Shown here in pieces: positions 49,855-62,254 of a stretch of 64,000 nt of DNA. Location: the NCBI GenBank assembly GCA_010356995.1, contig ML996692.1, positions 879,933 through 943,932 on the forward strand, given 5' to 3'. Positions within the stretch are counted from its first letter, which is position 1; each line of letters opens with the position of its first letter. The notes beneath the pieces were generated by a model. That model saw only the letters and a program-made list of their open reading frames with translations, did not search any database and was not told the DNA's origin. A program made the position numbers and the translations under genes. Source of the stretch: Trichodelitschia bisporula (lineage: Eukaryota).

Positions 49855-50125
49855 TCCTCGCCCGGCGTTGGCAACGCCCTCGTCGACAAAGTGGCCCCTA
49901 CGGACTTGCTGGTGGGGACTGCACTGTTTCGGCAGCATCTCCGTTGGTGGCTCACAGTTTTTTTCTGCTATGTCGCTCGTCATATTGCCCAGCATAGTTG
50001 ATACCAGATATGCAGAATGAGGATTTGCTCCATGAACAAGCGGAGAACGTGACACTCTACATGACGAATCAATGACCTATTACACGCTACACGCTACAGT
50101 ACGCTACCCAGGATATCATACCGCC

Positions 50126-51958
50126 CTACACAGAAACCTTAACCTCCTCCTTGCCATGCCCGTTCTCCGAGCCCTTGACATCGGAGCCCTCCCCCTTCCC
50201 TTCCCCCACCAACGACAGCCCATCCGCCCAATCCCCCGGCCTAACCCGTCCCCCCTCAAGCCCCTCATTCAAATACCCCTCAGCATCATACCCAAGCTCA
50301 ATAAGCCCCTCCTCGGATCCCCACTCCCCCATCGCCATCAAGCCAATCGGCACCCTCCCCTCCCCCTTAACCGGCTCGCCATACCCAACCGGCACCGTAA
50401 TCGCCGGCGCACCCGTAAAATTCGCCAACCACACGTACTCCATACTGCGGATACTCATATCCCCATCCGAGCACCCGTACTTCAAATCGCTCTCGCGCTT
50501 GATCGCCCACCCCACGGCAGGGGTCGTGGGCGTCACAATAGCCAACCCGGGATGTTCCTTAAACAACCACGCCAAGTGCGCCATCAAAATCCCGCGCACC
50601 TTCTGCGCGAGCAAAAAATCTCCCGCCGGCGCCGTCCTCGCCAGTGCGAACAAAATCCTCGTCGCAGGACTCAGATACCCAAGCTCACGCTGCGCACTCG
50701 CCGCCTCGTTCATAATCGTTAATGCATGCGCCAGCTGCCCCTCCGTCAGATACGGGATCTCAATCTCAACCACCGAGTACCCGCGCTTCGCGACCAGCCA
50801 ATCGATCGCCGCCTGGCACTTGACACGCACCGGCTCGTCCGCGCGCTCGAACCATGCCTTGCACACGCCGAGCACCTTCGGCCGGTCGCCCTGGTGCCGC
50901 TGCGGAGGCGCAAAGGATGCCGACGCCGGGACAGCTGGGTCGGGCGCAGCCATGACGCGGTACGCGACCTCGAGGGCGCTCATATCCGCGGCGATGGGAC
51001 CGACGACGGTGCTCGTATTCGCGAGACTCGGTGTCGGCGCGTCGCTCACGCGGCCGTGGCTCGGCTTCAGCCCGAAGACGCCGCAGTACGACGCCGGGAT
51101 GCGGATACTCCCGCCGCCATCACAACCGAGCGCGAAGGGGACCAGGCCAGCGGCGACGGCGTAGGCGGACCCGCCGGAGGACCCGCCAGTGTAGTACGAG
51201 GCGTTGTACGGGTTGCGCGGCGTGCCGTGCAGGGGGTTGAGGTTCGTCGTGTCCATGCCCATTTCGTGCATGTTCGTTTTGCCCACGACAATTGCACCGG
51301 CGGACTCCCATTGCGCTACGCACCAGCTTGTTCCTCCGGCACCGGGGAAGGACCGCGCAGAGCCGTATCGCTTGGAGTACCCTTCTATGTCGACTTCGTC
51401 TTTCACGGCAACGGGCACGCCGTCGAGAACGCCGAGCGGTTGGCCCGCTGCATAACGTGCGGTGGAGGCTGCGGCGGCGGCGGTGATGAGTTCGACTTGT
51501 GATTCGAGGAAGGCGGTTGCGTGGTCGTTGCGCGGGGTCGCGTCGCGCCGGATGAGTGGGAGGAGGGCCGCGACGACGGCGCTGGGCGTAGTGCGGCGCT
51601 CAAGGTAGGCATTGTGGTAGTCGGCGACGGAGGGAAAGCGCGCGGGCACATCTGGGGGTGCGCGGAGGGCGTCGCGGGCCGTGTAGCTGCTCGACGCGGG
51701 GGCGGGACCGGAGGCTAGGGGGATGACGGTGGGGTCGTAGCGCGTTTCTTTGTTGTCCAGCTCGGTGAGGGCGCGGAGACAGCTGAAGCCGGCGTTATTG
51801 TAGAGGAAGGATGCTAAAGGCGGGAGGGCGGTCACCAGGTGGGCGCCGACGACGAGGGGTATGCCGCGGAAGATGGGGTTTTTGGCGGGTGGAGGAACAG
51901 AGTAGGGGAGGGAGGTTTGCTGGGCGGCTGGGTAGTTGGCGAACTTGAGGGAGGCCAT
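50126..51958 (-). CDS. Amidase-signature enzyme (fatty acid amide hydrolase-like, 610 aa)
   Basis: [31 protein letters not shown] and [20 protein letters not shown] (Ser-cisSer-Lys triad). Confidence 0.95.
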   Translation of the reverse strand: MASLKFANYPAAQQTSLPYSVPPPAKNPIFRGIPLVVGAHLVTALPPLASFLYNNAGFSCLRALTELDNKETRYDPTVIPLASGPAPASSSYTARDALRAPPDVPARFPSVADYHNAYLERRTTPSAVVAALLPLIRRDATPRNDHATAFLESQVELITAAAAASTARYAAGQPLGVLDGVPVAVKDEVDIEGYSKRYGSARSFPGAGGTSWCVAQWESAGAIVVGKTNMHEMGMDTTNLNPLHGTPRNPYNASYYTGGSSGGSAYAVAAGLVPFALGCDGGGSIRIPASYCGVFGLKPSHGRVSDAPTPSLANTSTVVGPIAADMSALEVAYRVMAAPDPAVPASASFAPPQRHQGDRPKVLGVCKAWFERADEPVRVKCQAAIDWLVAKRGYSVVEIEIPYLTEGQLAHALTIMNEAASAQRELGYLSPATRILFALARTAPAGDFLLAQKVRGILMAHLAWLFKEHPGLAIVTPTTPAVGWAIKRESDLKYGCSDGDMSIRSMEYVWLANFTGAPAITVPVGYGEPVKGEGRVPIGLMAMGEWGSEEGLIELGYDAEGYLNEGLEGGRVRPGDWADGLSLVGEGKGEGSDVKGSENGHGKEEVKVSV

Positions 51959-53076
51959 TGTGGGTGGTGTGAAATGGGGATTGGAGTGGGTGGTGATGAT
52001 GGGTGGGTGGTGATGATGGGTGGAGGTGAGGTTGTTTAATCAAGGGAGGTTCAACTCATGCCGACGTTGAATTGGTACCGTACGGCTGAAACATAGAGGG
52101 CCTGGCCGGGTCGCGGGAGCTAACACGTTTCTGGCATGTGCGACTGGTCTGATTCACGTGCGATGTGGGGCCAGCCTCGGCCGTTTTACGCAAGGCTAGA
52201 CTAGGCAAAAGTATACTCTATTCCTTTCTTCCTTTCTCACTTCGGAGCACAAAGTTTGAGAACTACTATTTTGCCATTGTAACTATAACTAGAGACTGTT
52301 CCTTCTGTGAGGTTTTGCGACTTTCGTGTTTTGTTGTTTGCTCGTGCCTGGAACGTCCTCTTCAATCAGCTGAAGTTGCTTCGCGATCATGACCAGCTTG
52401 CGACGAGCCCATACTTTGGCCGAGAGGCTTTTATATAGCTGCTTATAGGTCACCAGTGCAAGACATTCTGCTATAGTCCACGGCCATGCAGCTTCGTTGT
52501 CCAGTACATTCAGACAGGAGATGTACCAGCCTCCATGATGCTGGGATCAACTTCAAAGAGTGGCTGAGCAAGTCGACAGTGTGGTTTGTTGGATGACGAT
52601 GGAAGTCACCGTGCGGACAGGACGCTTTCAGGCCGATGTCTTATGGTCATGGTCAGCCGCGGTGATGCACTGCTTGGGAAACTCACCTGCTCTGGAAGTA
52701 TACTCGCACTTCCAACATATAAAGTTCCCCGTCGCTGCCCTCTCGCAGACGGTATATTACTTCGGTAGCTGACGTGACGTATATTTCTTCCATGCCTTGG
52801 ACCACTGTCGAGATGTGCCCCTTTTTGTTGTCCTCGAGTATTACACTGCCGGGCACATAGTATGCTGCGGAGCTTGTTTTACTCAATCTGCTCAAGCTGG
52901 CGCAACTTCTCTATAATTTTGGGAAGAAGCTCGAGGGATTCAAAGCTGCAAGCCTGCTCGTGACAGCTAGTGCCTCAAGAGATGGAGACGAGCTCTAAAT
53001 CCGTCATCCGCGCCGTGGAGTTGTCAGAGTGGATGCTGAAGGCTGAGCTCACATACGTATATACCCGAACGACAGG

Positions 53077-54249
53077 CTATAGGCAGAGCGAGAAGGCCTT
53101 TATATAATATACGAAATGTGCCTTCCAAAGGACTTCATCATTATATCCCCCCCTTGTATACAGCGGACAACCACTCGGCTGCGACAAGCAATCACGAGGG
53201 TTGAAGTTGTAGGGGCCAAACGACGGCAGGCCATTGAACGGACCCGTAAATGGCCTCGAGTCCGGAGAAACTACCATTGACGTTGCTAAGATTATTGCGC
53301 TTAAGCGCGCCTGGATTCCGAGCAACAGTCAGTACAATGATCTCAGTCGCCTGTCTCCCTTTACAGCACCACCCGCCAGCTAACGCCTATCACCCAGCGG
53401 ATAACTCCCGACGAGGCGCCTCAGAGCGTAAACTTCACCAGCGAATCCCTCGCACTGCCAGGCACGACCAGGCCTGTACAACCACGCCACCCGGTCGGCC
53501 GTACTCATGAGCAGCTATAAGAGATGTCAACCTCTGACTACGAAATGCTGTCAAACCGGAAAGCAGCCAGGGAGATACACAAAAAACTAACCTCTGCGTA
53601 CTGGATCACTTGGATCCGCTCGGAGTGTGCACGAGTCACACTCGGCAAGACGAGGCGGTCCACCAACCGGCAAGCCGCCCGAACATCCTCCAGGTCGACG
53701 CGGGACAGAGTCATCGCGCGGTCCTGCACCTCCATCATGCGCCGATACAGACCCGGGACGGATGTCGGATGCGGTGCCGGTGTGCGCTGCTGCGAGGCTT
53801 GATCTAGTTCCATGGTTAGCAAACAAGGCCTTCGACTCCGAGAGCTGGACAACTTACGCGGCGGCGGCGGCGGCGGCCGGCTCGGGGGAGGCGGGAACCC
53901 CCCAAGAGGCGGAAAGTGCAGCGAGAGCGAGTCCGACGAGGGATAGTGAACCAGCCGCCGGTCCACCACCTCCACGAACCCATGACGGAACCGACGCTCA
54001 GCTCCCTGCTGGCTGCAGGGGATGGCGTCGTCGGGATCACCGGGTGGCGGCAACAGCGCGGAGGCTGGTGGGTCTGGGGTCGCAGGGGGACTCGGCCCGC
54101 TGAAGGGGAATGGCGGGATTGGAGGGTGCAGGGAGCTCTGCGACGCCTGTTGAGAGATAAATTAGCTGATTGTTTGTGATTGCTGGGAATTGAGCAGAAC
54201 ATACCCTTAATGGAGGCGCAGGTGCGTTGGTCCGCGAGTTGCGCGGCAT
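53077..54249 (-). pseudogene. Orphan multi-exon gene, Pro-rich N-terminus, with an in-frame TAG at 53382..53380
   Basis: TATATA near 54305 and ATG at 54249. Introns 54204..54147, 53591..53515 and 53364..53311 are all phase 0. It could instead be an intact 244-aa gene ending at 53380. Confidence 0.5.
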
Positions 54250-54334
54250 TGTTGGAGGATTGTAGTTTGACGATGTTGTTGTGGTTGTGGTTTTTGAAAA
54301 GATATATAAGGGGCGCGCAGCAGCGCTGAATGGC

Positions 54335-54525
54335 CAAGCTCTGATGCTGTATCCGGGCAACTACTTTGTCCGCGGCGGCATTCCGGACGGTAGATAGTTG
54401 ATCATGGTTTCGGATGGGAGTCCGGCCAAGAGTGGATTCAGCGGATAGCACATCTCGAAGAAATTGATACCTAGTGTATACATGTCGACCTTGTCGTTAT
54501 AGGTGCCGGATGCACCAGTCCTCAT
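54335..54525 (-). pseudogene. Fragment of an eIF2-alpha kinase (GCN2-like) catalytic domain
   Basis: MRTGASGTYNDKVDMYTLGINFFEMCYPL matches kinase subdomain IX of fungal GCN2 as I recall it ([20 protein letters not shown]). No other kinase motifs nearby. Confidence 0.65.
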
Positions 54526-57500
54526 GCATTTGAGATATAGGCACTGGCCATCATACTCGGTGCCCAGCTTCTTGTACTTGTCTTCGAAGTCATTGCGCTC
54601 TTCGACAGTCTCATCCAGCTTCTTCTGCAGGGCGCGGCAAACCTTTCGGTCATGGCCTTCTCTTGCTGTTCCCAAATATTCATTTTGAGAGACTCTTTCT
54701 CCTGCGACAACTGCGCCTGATCTATACCGGCAAGGATTTATTCTAGCAAACTGCCTTGAGTATTGCTATACTGAAGGGGATGGGGCCAGGCCGGCATGAA
54801 GCCGGGATGCTTGGAGAGCACCGGCGTGAGGTATATATCGCTGAGTTTGCGCGGCTGGCTTTCTGCGTTTGGACCATGGTCGCGCTGTAAACCACAACAC
54901 CCTTGAAGAAGCCGTGTCCAATGTGTGAAGTCCCAATCTGCGTGGCCATTCTGCGGCTGTATACATCCTTCCTGAAAGAGGCGATGTTTGGAAGAGCTTC
55001 TGAAAGACGGATAAAGATGAGAATCCGATGTGGACTCGAAACCTAGGTCGGTGATCAGCGCTGGCGCTCAAAGCTCGGAGTACTTACAGTAAGATCAGAA
55101 ACGTTGTCCGGAACTTCTTCCGGTACGCGGATTTCTTCGTGGCCACGTCCGGCACCACCGTCGTCGTATATAGGCCGCCCATTTCGTAGTCCTGTGGTGA
55201 AATTGGGTATAGGATTGTGACGTGTATGTTCATCTCAATGAGGGAATCGGGCGGAACTTGGTTTCCAGGGGCGCGAGCAGGGTGGGGGGAGGCTTTGCCG
55301 GCGCGGCAACTTGGTACTTCTTCGGAATACCCTTCGCCAATTATGTAGGCGGTATAATATTCCGCCTTTTCACCACGGCGAAACGTCTGGTGTTGCTGGG
55401 AACCTAGTCTGGGATTCTTCCGGCGCTGTGGTGATAGTGAAAACTGAAGGAGTCTTCATCCGTCTCTCCTATAGGGTCGGGATCTAGAAGCAGATCGAAG
55501 TCGGTGTTGCCTCCTTCTGGACCTAAAATGACATAAAACATCTGGCGCCGAGACTACGATCGGTGCTGAGCACCTAGCGAAAGTGATTGAGTTCCACCAA
55601 GAGTCCCTCATAATCTAGGAGTTAACCAGAGAGCCGATCGACCGATGTCCAACCACACCCTCAACATTAGCATAATCACAAAGTACATTCATCTTCAAAC
55701 CAAGCTCCACTGCGGACCGGAAGGTTTGAACAGGATGATCAGCAGGACAGGCTAGCAGCGGCTGTTAGCACATCCCCTTTATCGTCGTTCGTTATGGTGA
55801 CTTACCGGGAGAGTGACCTGCTGGTGGTCCTGAACCTCCTCAGCCGCGATGTCGTCGTAAAGCGTTGAACAGGCTGTGCCGCAACTGGCAGTAGTCGATA
55901 TTTTCCTTGAAACTTTTCTGCTGTCTTACCCGGCGCTGTGAAACCTATAGGCCAGACTGCTGCCGGCCGTCGAAGTTGGGAATAAGCGCCCGGAGCCTCT
56001 TCTGCTTCTTGAAGGAGTCTATAGCTTTCTCAGTGTAGCTGATGACACAGGCGACGCGATGGCCGTTCAAGGAGCGCTCATATCAGGCACGGAGGCCACA
56101 CGGGTACCAGTCTCCGACGAGCCTGACGTACTCGTCGACTCTGTCGTGCTTGACCGATTTTCCCGAGCTATACCGTCTGGACAAAGACCACAGCTCGAAT
56201 CATCTTGCTGCTTCTGCTGCTCACTAAGAAGAGTGGCGATTTCGTCCGGCCATATGTATCTCCAGATGCTAGCATGTCTCCTACGCCGTCGTTTGCTAGG
56301 GTGGCTTACTAGAACCGTCTCTTCGACGGACTCAGCAGCAGCTTCGTTGGCCTCGGCCGCAGCGTCTTCCGCAACGGACTTGTGGACGTGCATCTTGATC
56401 TGGACTTTGCGCATCACGCGCCGACCCGCGGCTTTCCCGTGAGGGCGAGTGGCACCAGTGGTCTCCATGGATGAGCCTTTTGACGACATGTTGCTGGTGA
56501 TTGTCAGCAGCTTGGTCGGCGGTTTTTGCTTGGGCATGAGGGGGATATGAACCTCTGGGAAGGTCTTGTCTGTAGATTTGAAAAGGGCCTCTTAAGGTTA
56601 GTGCTGGGATACAAAAAAGACGGATGAGCTTGCCTTATATAGGGGACGAGTTCCCTCTCAAAACCGGCCCGACCTATAGTACGGTACTTGAACTTCTGAT
56701 ATAGGTTCCTCTCGTGCTTCTCTTCGATTATAGCGAGATTCATCGACTCCTTTGATATGGATTTGTAGTATTGAGATAGTGCCTGTCCGACCCAGATCGG
56801 CGCTCAAGATCGAGGTAAAGGGAGGTTGCCTCAGTGAGTCATATCGAAGGAATTTTGAATGATGATGACAGGTGTAGGAGATGGTTGGTTGTTGATGGCA
56901 ATGTCACGGTTCCTCAGCGAGGGCATTCATGAGAACATTCGCAAGCACGGGCACCGGGGAAACATTGCACGCGAAGCACGGACCTGAATTCAGGAGCCAA
57001 GTGTGTGGTATTTTCGGTTTTGAAATTTACTATACACCGGCCTCAGCCAGTTTCTATCCATATTGCCAAAGTAGTTGTTGTCTTAAGTGAGTTGAGATGA
57101 GAAGTCACAGGCGTGAATAGATGAGCATCAAGAGGTGAGGTTGAAGTTGAGACGGCGGCAAGGCGGAAGCCAAACATCAGCCACAACCTTGGCAGCCTTG
57201 GCAACATCTGCGGATTTGGCCACAGTCGACAGTCAGCAAGTCCAACACCAAACGCTTCACAGCACTTCACAACTCCAAATATAGAGCAGTTGATCTTATC
57301 TTCTTTATCGCGACTTTCTGTCATGCTTCTGTCGCGTGCCATATCCTCCGGCGCCTGGTGGTGCAACCTTCTCCACACCGAGAACCGTTCTGCACGAACG
57401 CCGCTTGCGTAGCTGCATCTTGACGTTGCATCGCCTTGCCCCCAATTCCAACCTCCTCCAACAAACAAGCTTATCCCCGCCCAAGCTTATCAACACCCTG

Positions 57501-57935
57501 GGCAATAGAGTAGGATCGTCAATCGCATATCTCCGAAATGCCTATCAAGCGCTCCCGCCTTAGCCAAAACCACCTGCCCGATCAAAGCTTCGTCCGATGC
57601 ACATTTCGGTCCTGTTTCCCTCCGCATCCGGTATTTCTGCCGCTTCAGTGACCCTAGCCCGCGGCCCTGACCAACAACATCACTGGAGTGGCCATTCTCA
57701 CTGTCGCGCCGGTGTTTTTCGAGAATCCTTCGTTGATGTGGGGGCAATCGGCGCACCCGGTTTAGGCCTGCCATCCACGCGGCGAAACCCGCAGTGTCGA
57801 TCTGGGATCGCCCCGTCGCACCGGCATATCATGGTCGTCGCACCCGGATTCTGGACACGCGATGCATTTAACCCCGCAGCGCGTTTTGTGATCCCCCTCC
57901 GCTGTGAGCCTGCTGGGTTTTGAACTCAACTTTCA

Positions 57936-59985
57936 ATGTCCCACATGGCACATACCAGCCCTGATCAGCCGGCTGCGGCTCCGATCCAGGAACCGACTTC
58001 GGTTTCGGGACACCATGAGCACGCGACGACGCCGACCGAGCATGTCGCAGATCCAGTTCAGCAGCGCCGAAATGACGCCATTGTGGATGAGAAGGTGCCG
58101 GATGAGAAGCACGACATCACTAGCCATTCCACCACGTATCGGCCTCAGAATCGCGACGATGGGCTGGAGGAGAAGCCAGCGTTTTCGTACATCAATCCTA
58201 ATGACAGCGAGAAGGGCGTCGGCGAGGTCAGCGACCCGGATGAAAAGCCCGGGAAGCGGGCCAAGGCAATGGGATGGCTCAAACGCCATCGCGGTCTCAT
58301 CCATCTAGCTCTCTTCATCGTCGCAACCGGGTAAGCCCCCTCCCCACCCTTCGCGCACAAAAACTCACAACCCCACAGCTGGTGGATAGCCGGCCTGGTC
58401 CTGCACCGCAAAGACAAGCCCTGGCTCGTCCCCTTCATCATCTGGCTTGCCTTCGTGCTGCGCCTGTTCTTCTGGCACGTCCCCATCTCCATCATCACCC
58501 GCCCCATGCACTGGATCTGGACCAACACCGCCGTGCGCTTCGTCGCCCTGATCCCACACAACATGCGCACGCCCCTGGGCGCCGTCTTCGTCGTCGCCGT
58601 CATGCTCGCCGGCAGCATGGGCAGCAAGCCCGTGGGCGACAACTCGCGCGGCAACCGCGCCATCAGCCTCCTGGGCCTCGCGATCCTGCTCTTCGCGCTG
58701 TGGGCCACGAGCCGCAACCGGAAGCGCGTCGTTTGGCACACGGTCATCGTGGGCATGCTGTGCCAGTTCATCGTTGGGCTCTTCGTGCTGCGCACCAAGG
58801 CGGGTAACGACATCTTCAACTGGATCTCGTTTCTGTGTCTCAAGCTCCTGGGGTCCGCGAACGCGGGTACCGCTTTCCTAACCAGTGCCGATGTGCCAAA
58901 TCTCGGTTGGTTCTTGGTCGGCGTGCTCCCGCCCATTATCTTCTTCGTTGCCTTTGTGCAGGTGCTGTACCACTACGGCGTGCTGCAATGGGTCATCATC
59001 AAGTTCGCCGTTTTCTTCCACTGGGCCCTGCGCGTCTCGGGCGCGGAGTCGGTGGTCGCTTCCGCATCGCCCTTTATCGGGCAGGGCGAGAGCGCCTTCC
59101 TGATCCGCCCCTTTGTCCCGCACCTTAGTTCCGCCGAGCTACACCAGGTCATGTGCTCTGGGTTCGCGACGATCGCGGGGAGCGTGCTGGTCGCATATAT
59201 CAAGCTGGGCATCGACGGGCGCGCGCTCATTTCCAGCTGCGTCATGAGCATCCCCGCCAGCCTAGCCGTTAGCAAACTGCGCTACCCCGAGACAGAGGAG
59301 ACGCTCACGGCAGGCCGCGTCGTCATCCCCGAGGACGACAGCGAGGAGAAGCACGGCAACGCGCTGCACGCTTTTGCCAACGGTGCGTTATCCCCCCCTA
59401 TCCCCCTAACATTCACCGGCTAACGGGTGGGCGGCAGGCGCCTGGCTGGGCCTCAAAATTGCGGGCATGATCCTGGCGACGCTGCTCTGCATCATCGCGC
59501 TCGTGTCCCTGATCGACCAGATACTTACCTGGTGGGGCGGCTACCTGTCCATCCCGCACCTGACCCTCGCCCAGATCCTGGGGTACATATTCTACCCCGT
59601 GTCCTTCCTGCTGGGCGTGCCGCGGGTCAACAACGACATTGCGCTCGTGGCAAGGCTCATTGGGCTCAAGGTCATTGCGAATGAGTTTGTGGCATACGCT
59701 GCGCTGCAGAGTCCGGAGTATGCGGGGTTGAGTCCGCGGAGCAGGATCATTGCGACGTATTCCCTGTGTGGGTTTGGGAATTTGGGTTCTTTGGGGACGC
59801 AGATTGGGGTTTTGAGTCAGATTTCTCCCGGCAGGAGTAGGGATGTTGCGAAACTGGCGGCGAGTGCGCTGATGAGTGGCATTTTGAGCACGTTGAGCAG
59901 TGCGGCGGTGGCGGGGATGTTGGTTACGGATGAGGGGACGAATGCCATTGGGCTAGTGCACACTAACGGGACGACGACAGCGTAA
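57936..59985 (+). CDS. Concentrative nucleoside transporter (CNT/SLC28, about 648 aa)
   Basis: Introns 58331..58378 and 59383..59437. Motifs WHTVIVGML, VSGAESVVASASPFIGQGESA, MCSGFATIAGSVL, ANEFVAY and TYSLCGFGNLGSLGTQIG. Confidence 0.95.
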
Positions 59986-60347
59986 TCGGCCAGAAGTGTG
60001 CGTTTTCTCGTAGTTAGTTCTGGGGCTGGAATGCCAGACATGCGGCCGGGGACATCGAAGTCTAGATAGGGGGTAGATAAAACTACGACCACTTTATGCA
60101 CCGAAACGACCTTGATGAGCTCGCAAAAAGCTCCCACCTGCATTACAAAGCTACGTACCATAACCTACCTACCGCCCCTGCCGCCCCTACCACCCCTACT
60201 GCCCAACTCAAGGCATCAGCCGAGTATACTCGAAGGGTATCAACGCAAAAACCGCCCGCCCGAAGCCAGCCCAGGACCACCAATGCACCCGAACCTAAAC
60301 CCAAGCACCCACCATTACCCTTCCATCTCCCCCCTCAAACCCATCAA

Positions 60348-62218
60348 CTAAAACGCAACACCAACCTCCTTCCCCACCCCCCCCATCCCGACCCCAGAAC
60401 TAACAACCGTATCCACACTCCCCCTCCCAATAACCGGCCTCACCCTCCTCAACCTCCCCTTCAACACCGCATCCACGCTCACCCGCCCCTCATACGGACT
60501 AACCGGACTCCCCACCGTCGTCGCCCTCGTCCCCTCACTCGAACTCCTAACACTACTCCCCTCACTCCCCACCGTCGTCGGCGTCGCACTGCGCGTCAAC
60601 CCCGGCATCGGCGGACTCGGCGCGCGCCCTCCCTCGTGTCCAGGGCCGGGCGTCGCGGGCCCCGGCGTCGGCGGCCCAGACATGCTAACGCTCATACTCC
60701 GCCTCAACCACCCCGCCAGCCTTGCGCGCATCGTCGGGGCTTCGGGCATATCCTCCCAACTCGCGCGCCCCTCCTCCTCATCCCGGACAAACCGCGCCCG
60801 GCCCTCCTCCCGCGCCACACTAAACGCGCTCCCTATATCGCTCAGCGTCTCACCGCGGGCACGTAGCTTCAACCCCGGCGCCACGGCGGGGACGTGCGTT
60901 GGCGACGTGGGTGCGGCACTGCGGCGCAGGGCGGAGCGGCGCCGCTCTTCGACGATGGTATTTAGTTCGCGGATGGCGGATTCAATCGGGTCGGGTGCGC
61001 CCCGGTCGGAGGAGGAGGAGGTGGTTAGGGTCAGGCTGCGCCGCAGGGAGGGCAGGCGCGCGGGTGTGCCGGTGGTGGTGCTTCGTGCGCGCGTGGCGCT
61101 GGTGAGCGGGGAGGGCGAGCGGAGGCGCGGGGGGAGGGTGCTGCTGCTGGGTGTAGGGCGGTGCGTAAGCGGCGGCGAGAAAGCGCGGTCCGTCGAGGGA
61201 CGTTCCGCGGAGGGACGCTGCGGTACGGCATCGCGTGTGCGAGCCGGAAGGTCTTCAGACCGACGTGGCGCATCCTGCAACGTCGGGCCCGGGCCATTGT
61301 CCTCGAAGCCCGCGGTATCCCCCGCCCCGCCCTCCAACGCGCGCAGATCAAACGTATACGTCGAGACGGGCTTGCGGCGGACGCGGAAGGTCTCGCCATC
61401 GGTGGTGGCGCGGCGGAGGAGCGCGGCGGGAGGGGGGCGGACGCGCGAGTCGTTGTCTATGGCGAAGGAGTCGAAGTCCGGCAAAGGGGAGAGGCGGCCT
61501 GAAGGGAGGTAGATGCTTAGCTCGAGGGGCCGGAAACTGGCTCGGCGGGCGGGGAGGGGTTCGGTGACGCGGCGGAAGTTGGTGGGGGCGGAGATGCTGG
61601 GGCGCGCTGTGGAGGGGCGGGGGCGGGTGAGGAAGGTTAGGCTTGAGGAGCGGGAGGTGCGGGATGGGTTGGTGAACCAAGGGGTGGAGTGGCGGGAGAA
61701 GGTGGTGTCGGGTTGGGGGATGGGGTGGGTAGGGAAGGTGGGTTGTTGGATGGGGAGGGGCTGGTCGAAGACCATTGATATGCCGCGTTCGTTGCCTGTG
61801 GAGCGTGTTAGTGAGGGTGGACGATGTGAGTTTGAGCGAGGTGCAGTGTGGAGGGATAGTTGGACTCGGACAATGCTGCACAAGGCAGAGGACGGTACGA
61901 CATTGACAGGTATCGGGGAGCAGGTTCCCGATTGTGTAATGCACAGCCTTCTGCCGTTGAAGCCGTAGCATCAAGCGCCGAACCCGACGAGGCTGTGTAT
62001 TCCAATCGGAAGATAAAAAAGCACAGAAGAAGCAGAGCGGAGCGCGTAATGACGATGCAAGAAACATAAAATCAACATCGATCTTCCATACCTCCATGTC
62101 CAAATGCCTCCTCATCGTCTCCATACTCTTTCGGTGCACAGCACCTTAACGGCGAAAGCGGCGAGTCCAGCCAGGAGCGCTTTGGGCCCGCAGGAGTGTT
62201 CTGATTATTATATTCCAT
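60348..62218 (-). CDS. Conserved fungal Pro/Ser/Arg-rich hypothetical protein (about 524 aa)
   Basis: Exon 62218..62092 joined through a GTATGG...CTAAC...CAG intron to 61795..60348. Islands RPSISAPTNFRRV, FRPLELSIYLPSGRLSPLPDF, IRELNTIVEERR and ETLSDIGSAFS; ends VGVAF. Exon 1 is less certain. Confidence 0.8.
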
Positions 62219-62254
62219 GGTTGCGATGGTTGCGATGGTTGCGATGGTTGCGAT
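62219..62254 (-). repeat. (ATCGCAACC)x4 directly abutting the start codon
   Basis: Four exact 9-nt units immediately 5' of the ATG at 62218. Confidence 0.9.

Noticed and set aside
50072..51502. Long antisense ORFs over the amidase (likewise 60682..61512 and 58145..58936)
   Set aside because: Expected shadow frames of GC3-rich genes.
49630..53382. Repeated in-frame TAGs suggesting codon reassignment
   Set aside because: TAG terminates several intact genes here (SDR, I9, kinase, amidase), so the standard code applies.
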